Positions 40,141 to 57,800 of a DNA stretch of 64,000 nucleotides are shown piece by piece. The DNA lies in NCBI RefSeq assembly GCF_009914755.1, contig NC_060940.1; one strand, 5' to 3'. The notes beneath the pieces were generated by a model, which was given only the letters and a program-made list of their open reading frames with translations, was not told where the DNA came from and did not search any database. Each line of letters opens with the position of its first letter. The first letter of the stretch is position 1. The position numbers were made by a program, and so were the translations under genes. This stretch comes from the human T2T-CHM13v2.0 reference genome, Homo sapiens.

Positions 40141-43100
40141 AAAGAGTATTTCCAACCTGTTGAATCAAAACAAAGGCTTAATTCTGTGGGATGCATCCAC
40201 ACATTGCAAAGCATTTTCACAGAGACCTTTTTTACAGCTTTTATTGTGGGTTAATTAGTTTTTCACTATAGGCCTCAATGGAATCAGAAATGTCCCTTCA
40301 TAGATTCTACAAAAAGAGGGTTTCCAAAGTGTTGAATGAAAACAAAGATTTAACTGTGTGAGATGAATCCACACATCTCAAAGCATTTTTGAATATAGCT
40401 TGTTTCTAGTTTTTATCGCAGTGTATTTCATTTTTCACTATAAGACTCAATGAACTCAGAAATTTCACTTTGCAGATTCTACAAAAAGAGTGTTTCCAAC
40501 CTGGTGAATTAAAATAGAGGTTCCATTCAGTAAGATAAATCCACACATCACAAAGCATTTTCACAAATTGCTTGTCTGTAAGTTTTATGGAGGGATATTC
40601 CGTTTTTCATTATAGGCCTCAATGGCTTCAGAAACGTCCCTTCAGATATACTATTAAAAAAGTGTCTCCAACCTGTTGAATCAAAGCAAACGTTTAAATC
40701 TGAGACGAATCCACACATCATAAAGCGTTTTTACAGATAGCTTGTTTCTGGTTTTAATAGCGATGTATTCAGTTTTTTACTATAGTTCTCAAAGGGATCA
40801 GTAATATCCCTTCGAAGATTCTACAGAAAGAGTGTTTCCAACGTAGTGAATCAAAACAAAGGTTTAACTCTGTGAGCTGCATTCACACATCACAAAGTAT
40901 TTTCACATATAGATTGTTCCTAGTTTTTGCTGTGGGATATTCATTTTTCCAACATAGGCTTCAATGGGGTCAGAAATGTCCTTTTGTAGATTCCACAAAA
41001 AGAGTATTTTCAACCTGCTGAATTGAAACAAAGGTTTAACTCTGTGTGATGAATCCACACATCACAAAGCATTTTCACAGATAGCTTGTTTCTAGTTTTT
41101 ATAGCAAGATATTCAGTTTTTCACTATAGTCCTCAATAGGCTAAGAAATGTCCCTTTATAGATTCTACAAAAAAAGGGTTTCCAACATGCTGAATCAAAA
41201 TAAAAGTTCCATTATGTGAGGTGAATCCATACATCAGAAAGCATTTTCACAGACAGCTTGTTTCTAGTTTATAATGTGGGATACTTCGTTTTTCACCAAA
41301 GGCCTCATTGGGCTCAGAAATGTCCTATCGTCAATTTTACAAAAAGAGTCTTTCAACCTGGTGAATTGAAACACAGGTTTAACTATCTGAGATCAATCCA
41401 CACATCCCAAATCACTTTCATCTATAGCTTGTTTCTAGTTTTTATCACAGGATATTCGGTTTTTCACTGTACGCCTCAGTAGGCTAAGTAATGTTCCTTT
41501 GTAGATTCTACAAAAACAGTGGTTTCAACCTGGTGTATCAAAACACAGGTTCTATTCTGTTAGGTGAATCCACATATCACAAAGCATTTTCACTGATAGC
41601 TTGTTTTTGGTTTTTATTCTGAAATATTCATTTTTAAACAATAGATCACGATGGGCTCAGAAATGTCCCTTGATATAATCTACAACAAAAGCGTTTCCAC
41701 TTGGTGAATGACAATATGATTTCATTCTTTGAGATGAATTCCCACATCAGAAAACATTTTCACAAATAGCTCGTTTCTAGTTTTTATTGCAGGATATTCC
41801 ATTTATTACCATAGGCCTCGGTGGGCTCAAAAATGTCCCTTTGTAGCTTCTACTAAAAGAGTGTTTCCAACAGTTGAATAAAAGCAAAGGTTTAACTGTG
41901 TGAGATGAATCCACACATTGGAAAGCATTTTCACAGATAGCTTGTTTCTAGTTTTTATCACAAAATATTGAGTTTTTCACCATAGACCTCAATAAGCTCA
42001 GAAATGTCTTTTCATGGATTCAACATTAGAGTGTTTCCTACGTGGTGTATCAAAACACAAGTTCCCTTCTGTGAGATAAATCCACTCATTTAAAAGCATT
42101 TTCACAGAAAGTTTGTTTCTAGTTTTTATTGTGGGAAGTTCGGTTTCTTTTCATACTTATAAATAGGCTCAGACATAGCTCTTTATAGATGGTAAAAAAA
42201 GAGTGTTTGCAATTAGGTTAATCAAAACAGGGGTTTCATTCTGTGAGATAAATCTACACATCACAAAGCATTTCCACAGATAGCTTGTTTGTGGTTTTTT
42301 TATGGGATATTATGGTTTTCACCATAGATCTCAATGGGCTCTGAAATGTTTCTTCATAGTTTATTTGAAAAAGGAGTTTTCAACATGGTAGATAAAATAC
42401 AGGCTCCTTTGTGGGAAATAAATCCACACATCACAAAGCGTTATCACAGATAGCTTGTTTTTAGTTTTAATCATGGCATATTTAGTTTTTTAGTGTACGC
42501 CTATGACAGCTCAAAAATATCCCTTTGTAGACTCTACAAAAATAGTTTTCCCAACATGGTGAATAAAAACACAGGTTTCATTTTGTGAGATGAATCCCTG
42601 CATCACAAAGCATTTTCACAGGTAGCTTGTTTCTAGTTTTTGTTGCAGGATATTTTTTGTTAAATGACAGGTCTCAGAAATGTTTCTTCATAGATTCTAC
42701 AACAAGAGAGTTTTTACCTGGTGAATCAAAACACAGGTTCCATTTTTTTGAGATGAATCCACACATCACAAAGCATTTTCACAGATTGTTTGTAGTTTTT
42801 GTTGCAGGATAATCCATTTTTCACCATAGGTCCCAGTGGGCTCACAAATGTCCCTTCATAGATTCTACCAAAAAACTGTTTCTAAGCTGTTGAATCAACC
42901 CAAAAGTGTAACTCTCTGAGATGAATCCACACATTGCAAAGCAGTTTCGCAGAGAGGTTGTTTCTAGTTTTTATCAAGGGATATTCAGTTTCTCACCATA
43001 GTCATAAATGGGCTTAGACATGCCCCTTCATAGATTCTACAACAAGAGTGTTTCCAATGTGGTGAATAAAAACACAGGTTTCAATCTGTGAGAGAAATCC

Positions 43101-45067
43101 ACATATCATTAAGCATTTACAAAAACAGCTTGTTTTTACATTTTATCACGGGATATTCAATATTCTACAACAGGTCTCAATGGGCTCAGAAATGTAGCTT
43201 CTAAATTCTACATAAAGGAGTTTCCAACCTGGTTAATCAAAACACATGTTCCATTCTATGAGATGAATGCACACATCACAAAGCATTTTCACAGATAGCT
43301 TGTTACTATTACTTTTGTGAGATATTTGTTTTTTCAACACAGGCCTCATTGGGCTCAGAAATGTCACTGCATAGATTCTACAAAAAAAGTGTTTCCAATC
43401 TGTTGAATCAAAACACAGGATCTGTTCTGTGAGATTAGTCCCCACATGACAAAGCATTTTCACAGATATCTTGTGTATAGTCTTTATTGTGGTATATTCG
43501 GTTTTTAATCATATGCCTCAATGCGCTAAGAAAAGTTTCTTCATAGATTCTACAAAAAGATTTTTTCATACCTGTTGAATCAAAAGGCAGCTTTCATTCT
43601 GTGAGATGAATAGATGCATCACAAACTATTTTCACAGATAGGTTCTTCCTAGTTTTTATCACGGAATATTCTGTTTATCACCACAGGCCTAAATCAGCTC
43701 AGAAAAGTCCTTTTCAAGATTCTTCAAAAAGTTTTTCCACTTGGTGAAAAAAAATACAGTTTGCATTCTGTGAGATGAATCCAACCAACAGAAAGCATTT
43801 TCACAGGTAGCTTGTTTCTGGTGTATATCACGGGACATTTGGTTTTTCAACATAAGCCTCAATGGGCTCACAAATATTCCTTCATAATTTTTAAAAACGA
43901 AACAAAAAAAGAATATTTCCAGTTTGATGAATCAAAACACAGGTTCCATTCGGTGAGATAAACCCACACATCACAAAGCATTTTTGCAGATAGGTCTTTC
44001 TAGTTTTCATCACAAGATATTCAATTTTTCACCATCACTTTAATAGACTCAAAAATGTTCCCACTTGGATTCTACAAAAATAGCGTTTCCAACCTGATGA
44101 ATGAAAACACAGGTTTCATTCTGTGAAATAAATCCTCGCATTAGAAAGCATTTTACCAGATAGCTTGTTGCTAGTTTTTCTTCACTGGATATTATGTTTT
44201 TCATTATAGGCCTCAGTGGGCTCTGGAACGTCCCTTCGTAGCTTCTTCAAAAGAGAGTTTTCAATATGTTGAATATAAGCACAGGTTTCTTCCTGGGAGA
44301 TGAATCCACACATCACAAAGCATTTTCTCAGATAGTGTGTTTCTAGATTTTATCGTGGGATATTCTGTTTTTCACCATATGCTTCAATTAGCTCAAAAAT
44401 GTTTCTTTGTAGATTCTACAAAAAGAGTAATTCCAGCATGGTGAATAAAAACACGTTTCATACTCTTAGATGAATCCACACATCACAAAGCATTTTCAGA
44501 GATAACTTGCTTCTAGTTTTTTTGCAGGGTATTCAGTTATTCACCATAGGCACAAATGGGCTCTGAAATTGTACTTTTGGGAATTCTACAAAGTATAGAG
44601 TTTTTAACATGAAAAATAAAACACAGGTTTCTTTCTTGGTGATGAATCCACACAACACAAATCATTTTCACAGATAGCTTGTTTGTAGTTTTTATCATAG
44701 GATATTCAGTTTTTCACCAGAGGCCTCAAAGGACTCAAAAATGTCCCTTCAGAGCTTCTACAAAAAGAGTATTTCCAACAAGGTGAAATAGAAACACAGG
44801 TTTCATTCTGTGAAATGAATCCACACATCACAAAGCATTTACACAGATAGCTAGTTTCTAGTTTTTCATGCAGAATATTTCGTTTTACACCCTAGGACCC
44901 AATGGGATCAGAAATGTTTCCTCATAGATTCTACGAAAAGAGTGGTTTCAACTTTTTGAATAAAATTAAAGGTTTAACTGTGTGAGACAAATTTATACAT
45001 CACAAAGCATTTTCACAGATAGCTTTTCTCTAGTTTTTATTGCAGGATATTTGGTTTTTCACCATAG

Positions 45068-45502
<435 letters not shown>

Positions 45503-47647
45503 ATCTCCAAGAATTTTCACAGATAACTTGTCTACAGTTTTTATTGCTGACAATTTAGTTTTTCACCATACTCATAAATGGACACAGACATGTTCCTTCA
45601 TAGATCCTACCTCCAGAGTGTTTCCAATTTGGTGAATCAAAACAGAGATTTTATTCTGTGACATGAATCCACAAATCATGAATCATTTGCACAGATAGCT
45701 TGTTTCTAGTCTTTATCGCTGGATATTAGATTTTTTGCTACAGTCCTCAATGGGCTCAGAAATGTCCCTTCACAGATTCTACAAAAAACAGTGTCTCCAA
45801 CCTGGTGAATCTAAACAAACATTTAACTCTGTGAGATGAATCCACAGTTTGCAAAGTACTTTTACACATAGCTTTTTCTAATTTATATTGTGGGACATTT
45901 TGTTTTTCACTATAGGCCTCAATGGACTCAAAAATGTCCCTTCATAGATTCTAAAAATATAGTATTTCCAGACTGGTGAATCAATACACAGTGTCCATTC
46001 TGTGAGATTAATCCACACATCACCAGTGTTTTCAAGATAGCTTGTTTACAGTGTTCATTGTGGGATATTGGATGTCATACCATACACCACAATGGGCTAA
46101 GAAATGTCTTTTTGTAGATTCCACAGTAAGTGTGTTTTCAACCTGGTGAATAAAAACTCAGATTCCATTCGATGAGGTGAATCCACACATCACAAAGCAT
46201 TTTCCCAGATAGCTTATTTCTCCCTTTTACAATGGGATATCCAGTTTTTCACAACAGGCCTCAATGGTTTCAGAAATGCCTTTTCATAGATTCTACAAAA
46301 AGAGTGTTTTCCACCTGGTGAATAAAAACACAGATTCCATTATGTGAAATAAATCCACACCTCACAATGTATTTTCACAGATAGCATGTTTCTAGTTTTT
46401 ATCATGAGATATTCAGCTTTTCACCATAAAACTCACTGGGATCAGAAATGTCCATTTGCAGATTCTACAAAAAAAAGTGTTTCAAACCTGGTGAATACAA
46501 ACACAGGTTCCATTCTTTGAGATAAATCCACACATCACAAAGAAATTTCACAGATAGTTTGTTTCTAGTTTTTATGTCAGAATATTCGGTTTTTCAACAT
46601 TCACCTTAATGGGCCTAGAAATGTCCCTTTGTATACCCTACAAAAAGAGTGTTTCCAAGCTGCTGAATCAAAACACAGGTTCCACTCTGTTTGATGAATC
46701 CACACACCAGAGAGTATTTTCACAGATAGCTTGTTTCTAGTTTTTATCATGGGATATTCTGTTTTTCACCATAAGCCTCAATGGGCTCAGAAATATCCCT
46801 TTGTGTATTCTACAAAATGAGGGCTTTCAACTTGTTGAATCAAAATAAAAGTTTAACTCTGTGAGAGGAGTCCACACATCAAAAAGCATTTTCACAGATA
46901 GCTTGTTTCTCCTTTTTACAATAAGATGTTTCATTTTTCACCGTATGCCACAATGGGGTCACATATGTTTCTTTGTAGACTGTATAAAATGAGTGTTTCC
47001 AACCCAGTGAATCAAAACACAAGTTCCGTTTTGTGAGATGAATTTACACATTGCAAACCATTTTCACAGATAACTTGTTTCTAGTTTTTACCACGAGGGA
47101 TCATCTTTTTCACCATAGACTTCAATGAAGTCATAAGTGTCCCTATGTTGATTCTACAAAAAGGATGTTTCCAATCTGGTAAATCAAAACAAAGACTTTA
47201 TTTCATTTTTCACTGCAGGACCCAAAGCATTCAGAAATATCCCTTTGTAGATTCTACAAAAGGTGTGTTTTCAACCCTGTGAATCAAAACAAAGGCTTCA
47301 TTCAGTGAGACAAATCCACACATTACCAAGCATATTTACAGATAGATTGTTTCTAGTTTTCATTGCAGCATGTTCAGTTTTTCAATGTAGGACTGAAAGC
47401 ATTCATAAGTTTCCATTCATTGACTGTTCAAGAAGAGTATTTCCAACCTCTTGAATGAAAACAAAGGTTTAAATCTCTGAGATGAATTCACACATCACAA
47501 TCCATTTTCATAGATAGCTTGTTTCCAGTGTTTACCATGGGATATTCTGTTTCTCACTATATGCTACTAAAGCCTCAGAAATGTCCCTTCGTAGAATTTA
47601 CCAAAATAAAAAAAGTGTTTCCAATGAGTTGAATCAAAACAAAAATT

Positions 47648-47923
47648 TAATCCCAGAACTTTTGGAGGCTGAGGTGGATGGATCACGAGGCCAGGAAATC
47701 TAGACCATCCCGGCTAGCATGGCGAAACCTCGTCTCTACTAAAAATACAAAAAAAAAAAAAAAATTAGCCAGGTGTGGTGGCAGGTGCCTGTAGTCCCAG
47801 CTAATTGGGAGGCTGAGGCAGGAGACTGGCTGAACCTGGGAGGCAGAGGTTGCAGTGAGCAGAGACAGCATCACTGCACTCGGGCCTAGGCAACAGAGTG
47901 AGACTCTGAAAAAAAATAAAAAA
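47648..47923 (+). mobile_element. Alu (Sc/Y-like), 5'-truncated by ~25 nt
   Basis: Starts at TAATCCCAG; has the A-rich linker and tail; the TSD is poorly preserved. Confidence 0.88.
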
Positions 47924-49699
47924 TCTGAAGGGTTAACTCTGTGAGATGGATCCTCACATCACAAAGCATTTTCAAAGTTAGCTTGTTTCTAGTTTTTTTC
48001 TTGCAATATTCAGTTTTTTACTATAGGCCTCCATGGCCTTAGAAATGTCTGTTCAAAAGTTCTACAAAAAGAGTGTTTCCAACATGTTGAATCAAAACAA
48101 AGTTTTAAATCTGTGAGATGAGTCCACTCATTGCAAAGCATTTTTACAGATAGTTTTTTTCTACTTTCTGTGACCTGAAATTCGGTTGTTCACTCTAGGC
48201 CTCAACGGTCTCAGAAATGACACTTTTTAGATTCTACAGAGTGTTTCCAACCTTTTGAATAAAAAAGGTTCAACTCTGTAAGATTAATCTACACATTGCA
48301 AAACATTTTCACAGATAGCCTGTTTCTAGTTTTTATTACTGTATACTCAGTTTTTCACTGCAGGCCTTAATGGCCTCAGAAATATCCCTTCCTAGATTCT
48401 ATAAAAAAAGTGTTTCCAACCTATTTAATTTAAAAAAAGTCTAATTCTGTGAGATTAATCTTCACATCACATAGGATTTTCACAGATAGCTTGTTTTTAG
48501 TGTTTCTGGTGGGATATTTGTTTTTTTACTAGAGGCCTCAATAAGCTTAGAAACGTCCCTTTGCAGATTATAAAAAAAAGTCTTCCCGACCTGTGGAATA
48601 AAAATCAAAATTTAACTCTGTGAGATAAATCCACACATCACAAAGCATTTTCACACATAGCATGTTTCTAGTTCTTATTGCAGGATATTCTGTTTTCACT
48701 ATAAACTTCAATGAACTGAGGAACATCCTTTTATCAAGTCTACAAAAAGAGTGTCTCCAACCTGTAAAATAAAACAAACGTTTAAGTTTGTGAGATGAAT
48801 CCACACATCATGAAGCATTTTCAAATATGGCTTGTTTCTAGTTTTTTTCATGGGATATTTGTTTATTCATTATAGGTCTCAATTGACTCAGAAATGTCCC
48901 TGTACAGATTAAGCAAAAAGCTTCTTGCTAACCTGGCAAATCAAAACACAGGTTCCATTCGACAAGATGAATCCACACATCACAAAGTATTTTGACAGAT
49001 AGCTTTTTTTGTTGTATTTATCATGGTATATTCAACTTTTTCACTACAGGTCTCAATGGATGCAGAAATGTCCCTTCATTGATTCCACAAAAAGAGTGTT
49101 TCTAACCTGGTGAATCAAAACAAACGTTTAAATCTGTAAGATGAATCCATACATCACAAAGCATTTTTGCAGATAGCTTGTTTTGTAGTTTTTATCAGGA
49201 GATATTTGGGCTTTCATTATATGCCTCAATAGGCTCAGAAATATCCCTCCATTCATTCTACAAAAAGAGTGTTTCCAACGTGTTTTATCAAAACAAATGT
49301 TTAACTCTGTGAGATGAATCCACACATTGCAAAGCATTTTCCCAGACAGCTTCTTTGTAGTTTTTATCAGGGGATATTTCGTCTTTCACTATATGCCTCA
49401 ATAGGCTCAGAAATGTCCTTCTGTACATTCTACAAAAACAGTGTTTCCAACATGTTTTATCAAAATAAAGGTTTAAATCTGTGAGACGAATCCACATATC
49501 ACAAAGAATTTTCACAGGTAGCTTATTTTATTTTTTTATTTTCGGATATTTTATTTTTCACTATAGGCTTTAATGGGCTCAGAAATAGCCCTTTGTTGAT
49601 TCTGCAGAACCAATGTCTCCAACCTGGTGAATCAAAACCCAGGTTTCATTCGGTGAGATCACAAAACATTTTCACAGATAACTTATTCCTAATTTTTAT

Positions 49700-52819
<3,120 letters not shown>

Positions 52820-53984
52820 TAGTGCTTCAAACCTGGAAAATCAAAGCAAACGTTTCACTCTGTGAGATGAATCCACATATCAGAAAGCATTTTCACAGTT
52901 AGTTTCTAGTTTTTATTGTAGGATGTTCAATTTTTCACTACTGCATCAATAAGTTCAGAAATGTCCCTTTGTAGATTCTAGAAAAAAGAATGTTTCCAAG
53001 CTGTTAAATCAAAACAAAAGTTTAACTCTGTGAGATGAATCCACATATGACAAAGTATTTTCAGATAGCTTGTTTCCAGTTTTTGTCATGGGATATTAGG
53101 TTTTTAACTGCAGGATTCAAGGTTTTCAGAAATGTTCCATCATAGATTATACAAAAAGTGTTTTTCTAGTTTGTTGAATCAAATAAAAGGTTTAGCTCTG
53201 TGAAATAAATCCAGACATCACAAAGCATTTTCACAGGTATCTTGTTTCTGGTTTTTATCACAGGATATCTGGTTTTTCAGTATCGGACTCAAGGTTTAGC
53301 TCTGTGAGATCAATCCACACATCACAAACATTTTCACAAAGAGTTGTTTCTAGATTTTATTGCTGGATATTGGTTTTTACTGATTAATAAACTCAGAAAT
53401 GTCCCTTTTGAGATTACACAAAAAGAGTGTTTCCAATCTGATGAATCAACAGAAAGGTTTAACTCTGTGAGATGAGTCCACACATCACAAAGCAGTTTCA
53501 CAGATGGCTTGTTTCCAGCTTTAATTGTGGTATATTTGTTTTTTTACTCTACTACTCAAGACATTCAGATATGTCTTTTTATAGATTCTATAAAAAGTGT
53601 GTTTCCAATCTGGTGAATCAAAAACAGGTTCCATTTGCTGAAATTAATCCACACCATCACAAAGCATTTTTCCAGATGGCTTGTTTGTAGTTTTTATCAG
53701 TTTTAACAGACAGCTTGTTTCTAGTTTTTACCATACAATGTTCAATTTTTCACTGTAGGACTCAAGGCTTCCAGAAATCTCCCTTCGTAGATTGTAAAAA
53801 AAAGAGTGTTTCCATCCTGTTGAATGAAAATAAAAATTTAACTTGGTGACATGAATCTACAAATCACAAAGCATTTCCACAGAAAGCTTGTTTCTAGTTG
53901 CTGTCGCAGGGTATTCAGTTTTTCACTATAGGCCTAAATGGGCTCGGAGTCTTCCCTTTGTAGATTCTACAAGAAGAGTGTTCC

Positions 53985-54277
<293 letters not shown>

Positions 54278-54872
54278 GTATTTCCAACCTGCTGAATCAA
54301 AAGAAAGATTTAACTCTGTGAGATGAATCCACACATCACAGAGCAGTTTTACAGATAGCTTCTTTCTACTTTTTATCATGGGGTATTTAGTTTTTCACTA
54401 TAGGCCTCTATGGGCTCCAAAATGTCCCCTTGTAGATTCTACAGAAAGAATGTTTCCAATCTTCTGAATCAAAGAAAGGTTTAATTCTGTGAGATGAATC
54501 CATACATCACAAAGCAGTTTCACAGCTTCTTTCCAGTTTTTATCATTGGATATTTGTTTCTTCACAACAGGCCTCAATCAGGTCAGAAATATCCCTTCGC
54601 AGATGCTTTAAAAATTGTGTTTCCCACCTGTTGAATAAAAAAAAAGGAAAAAAACCTGTTAACTCTGTGAGATGATTTCCACACATCTCAAAACATTTTC
54701 AAAGATAGCTTGCTTCTAGTTTTTATCATGGGATACTTGATTTTTGGCGATAGATCTCAAGGGGCTGAGAAATGTTCCTTCCTGGGTTCTACAAAAAGAG
54801 TGTTTGCAACCTGTTGAATGAAAACAAAGATTTAACTCTGTGAGATGAATCCACACATTGCAAACAATTTTC

Positions 54873-57800
54873 ATGGGAGAGACTTTCGGCTGACCCCAGG
54901 TATTCTAATGCAGAGAGACTCCTGGCCAAACACAGGCAGTCTAATAATAGAGACACATGGACCACCCCAGGCATTCTAATCAGATAAACTCTTGGCTGAA
55001 CCCTGGCAGTATAATAATAGAGACACCTGTACCACCCCAGGCATTCTAATCGGATAAACTCTTGGTTGAACCCTGGCAGTACAATAATAGAAACACCTGG
55101 GTGACCACAGGCATTCTAATGGGAGAGAACCCTATCTGACCCCTGGCATTCTAAAGGGAGAGACTCTCGGCCAACCCCACACAATCTAATGATAGAGACA
55201 CCTGGGCAACCACAGCCATTGTAATGGGAGAGACTCCTGGCTGACCCTAGGCAGTCTAAGGATAGGGATACCTGAGCAACACCAGGCGGTCTAATGGGAG
55301 AGACTGCTGGCCGACCCCAGGCGTTCTAGTGATAGAGACAAATGGGTGACAATAGGCATTCTAATGGCAGAGACTCCTGCCGACCCCTGACAGTCTAATT
55401 ATAGAGAAACCTGGGCAAACCCAAGCATTCAAATGGGCGTAACTCCTAGCTGAGTCTATACAGTCTAATTATAGATACACATGGGCAATCCCAGACCTTC
55501 TAATGGGAGAGACTCCTGGCTGAACCCAGGCAATCTAGTGATAGAGACACCTGGGCCACCCCAGGCATTCTAATGAGAGAGACTCAGGGCCAAATCCAGA
55601 CAGTTTAATTATAGAGACACATGGGTGACCCCAGGCATTCTAATGATAGACACACCTGGGCCACCCCAGGCATTCTAATGGGAGAGACCATTGGCCAACG
55701 TCAGGCAGTCTAATGATAGAGGCTCATGGGCGACCCCAGCATTCTAATGGGAGTGACTTTCAGCCAACCCCAGAGTGCCTAATGATAGAGACAACTGGGC
55801 AACCCAGGCATTCTAACAAGAAAGATGCCTGGCAAGCCATGCAGTCTAATTATAGAGTTACTCAGACGACCCCAGGCATTCTGATGAAATATTTCTAGCC
55901 AATCACAGGCAATCTAATAATAGAGACTTCTGGCGGACCCCAGGTGGCCTAATGATAGAGAAACCTCAGCGACCCCAGACACTTTAATGGGAGAGAGGCC
56001 CAGAAAAATCCAGGCATTTTAATTGGAGAGACTCCTGGCCACCCCAGGTGGTGTAATGATAGAGACACCTGGGTGATTCCAGTAATTCTAAGGGGAGAGA
56101 TATCCAGCTGACCCCAGGTATTCTAATAATAAAGACACCTGGGCGACCCCAAGCATTCTTATGAGATAGACTACCAGCCCACCCGAGCTAATATATTGGG
56201 AGAGACTCCTGGCGGACTCCAGGCACTCTAAAAGTAGAGACAATGGGCAACTCCAAGCATTCTAGTGGAAGAGACTCCTGGCTGACTCCAGGAAGTCTAA
56301 TTATAGAGACACCTTTGGGACCCCAGGCATCCTAATGGGAGAGACTCCTGGTGGTATCCAGGCAGTCTATTGATAGAGACACCTGGATCATCCCAGGTAT
56401 TCTAATGGAAGATATTCCAGGCTGACACCAGGCAGTCTAATGATAGATGCCTGGGCCAACCAAGGCATTCTAATGGGAAAGAACCCCCACCAACCCCAGC
56501 CATTTTAATGGGAGAGATTCCTGGCTGACCCCAAGCATCCTAATGATAGAGATACCTGGAAAACCCCAGGCATTTTAATGATAGAGACACCTTGGCAACC
56601 CCAGGCATTTTAATGGGAGAGACTCCTAGCTGATCCCAGATGGTCTAATGATAGAGATACCTGGGCAACCTCAGGCATTCTACTGAAAGAGACTCTCAGC
56701 CAAAAACAGGCATTCTAATGAGAGAGACACCTGGGTGACCCCAGGCATTCAAATGGGAGAGACTACTGGGCAACTGCACGTATTTTAATGATAGAAACAC
56801 CTGGGCAACCAAAGGCATTCTAATAAGAGAGACTCTCACCTGACCCCAGGCATTCTAATGGGAGAGACTCCTGGCCATTTGCTGAAGTCTAATTATAGAG
56901 AAACCTGAGGGAGCCCAGATATTATAATGTGTGAGACTCCTGGCCGACCCCAGGAAGTCAAATGTTAAAGACACCTGGGTGACCGAAGGCATTCTAAAGG
57001 GAGAGACTCTCGGCTGACCCCAGGCAATATAATGATAGAGACACCTCGAGACCCCAGGTACTTTAATGGGAGAAACTTCTAACCCAACCCAGGCAGTCTA
57101 ATTATAGTGACAACTAGGTGACCCCAGGTAATATAATGAGAGAGAATCCCGACCGACACCAGGGAGTCAAACCATAGAGAAACATGGGTGATTCATGGCA
57201 TTTTAATAAGTTAGACTCCTGGGTGAGCCCAGTCAGTCTAATTATAGAGACATCTCGGGGACCCCAGGCATTTGAATAAGAGAGACTCCCACAGACCTCA
57301 GGCAGTCTAATGATAAAAACACCTAGGAAACCCTGGGCATTCTAATAACAGGGAATCTCTGCCAACCTCATGCAGTCTAATTATAGACTCACCTGGGTGA
57401 CCCCAGGCATTCTAATGGCAGAGACTCCTGCTTACCCCAGACAGTCTAATGATAGAGACTCCTAAGCAACACCAGGCATTTTAATGGGAGAGACTCCCGG
57501 CCGATGCCAGGCAGTCTAATGATTGAGACACCTGGAGAACCCCAGGCATTCTAATGGGAGAAACTACTGGCTGAGCCCAGGCAGTCTAATTATAGATATA
57601 CCTCAGCAATCCCAGGTATTTTAATGTGAGAGACTTCCTGTGGACCTCAGGCAGTCTAATGATAGAGACACATGAGCAACCCCAGAAATTCTAATGGGAG
57701 AGACTCCTGGCCGAGTTCAGCAGTCTAATTATGGAGACACCTGAATGACACCAGACATTCTAACAAGAGAGGCACCCAGTCGATCCCAGGCAGTCTAATA

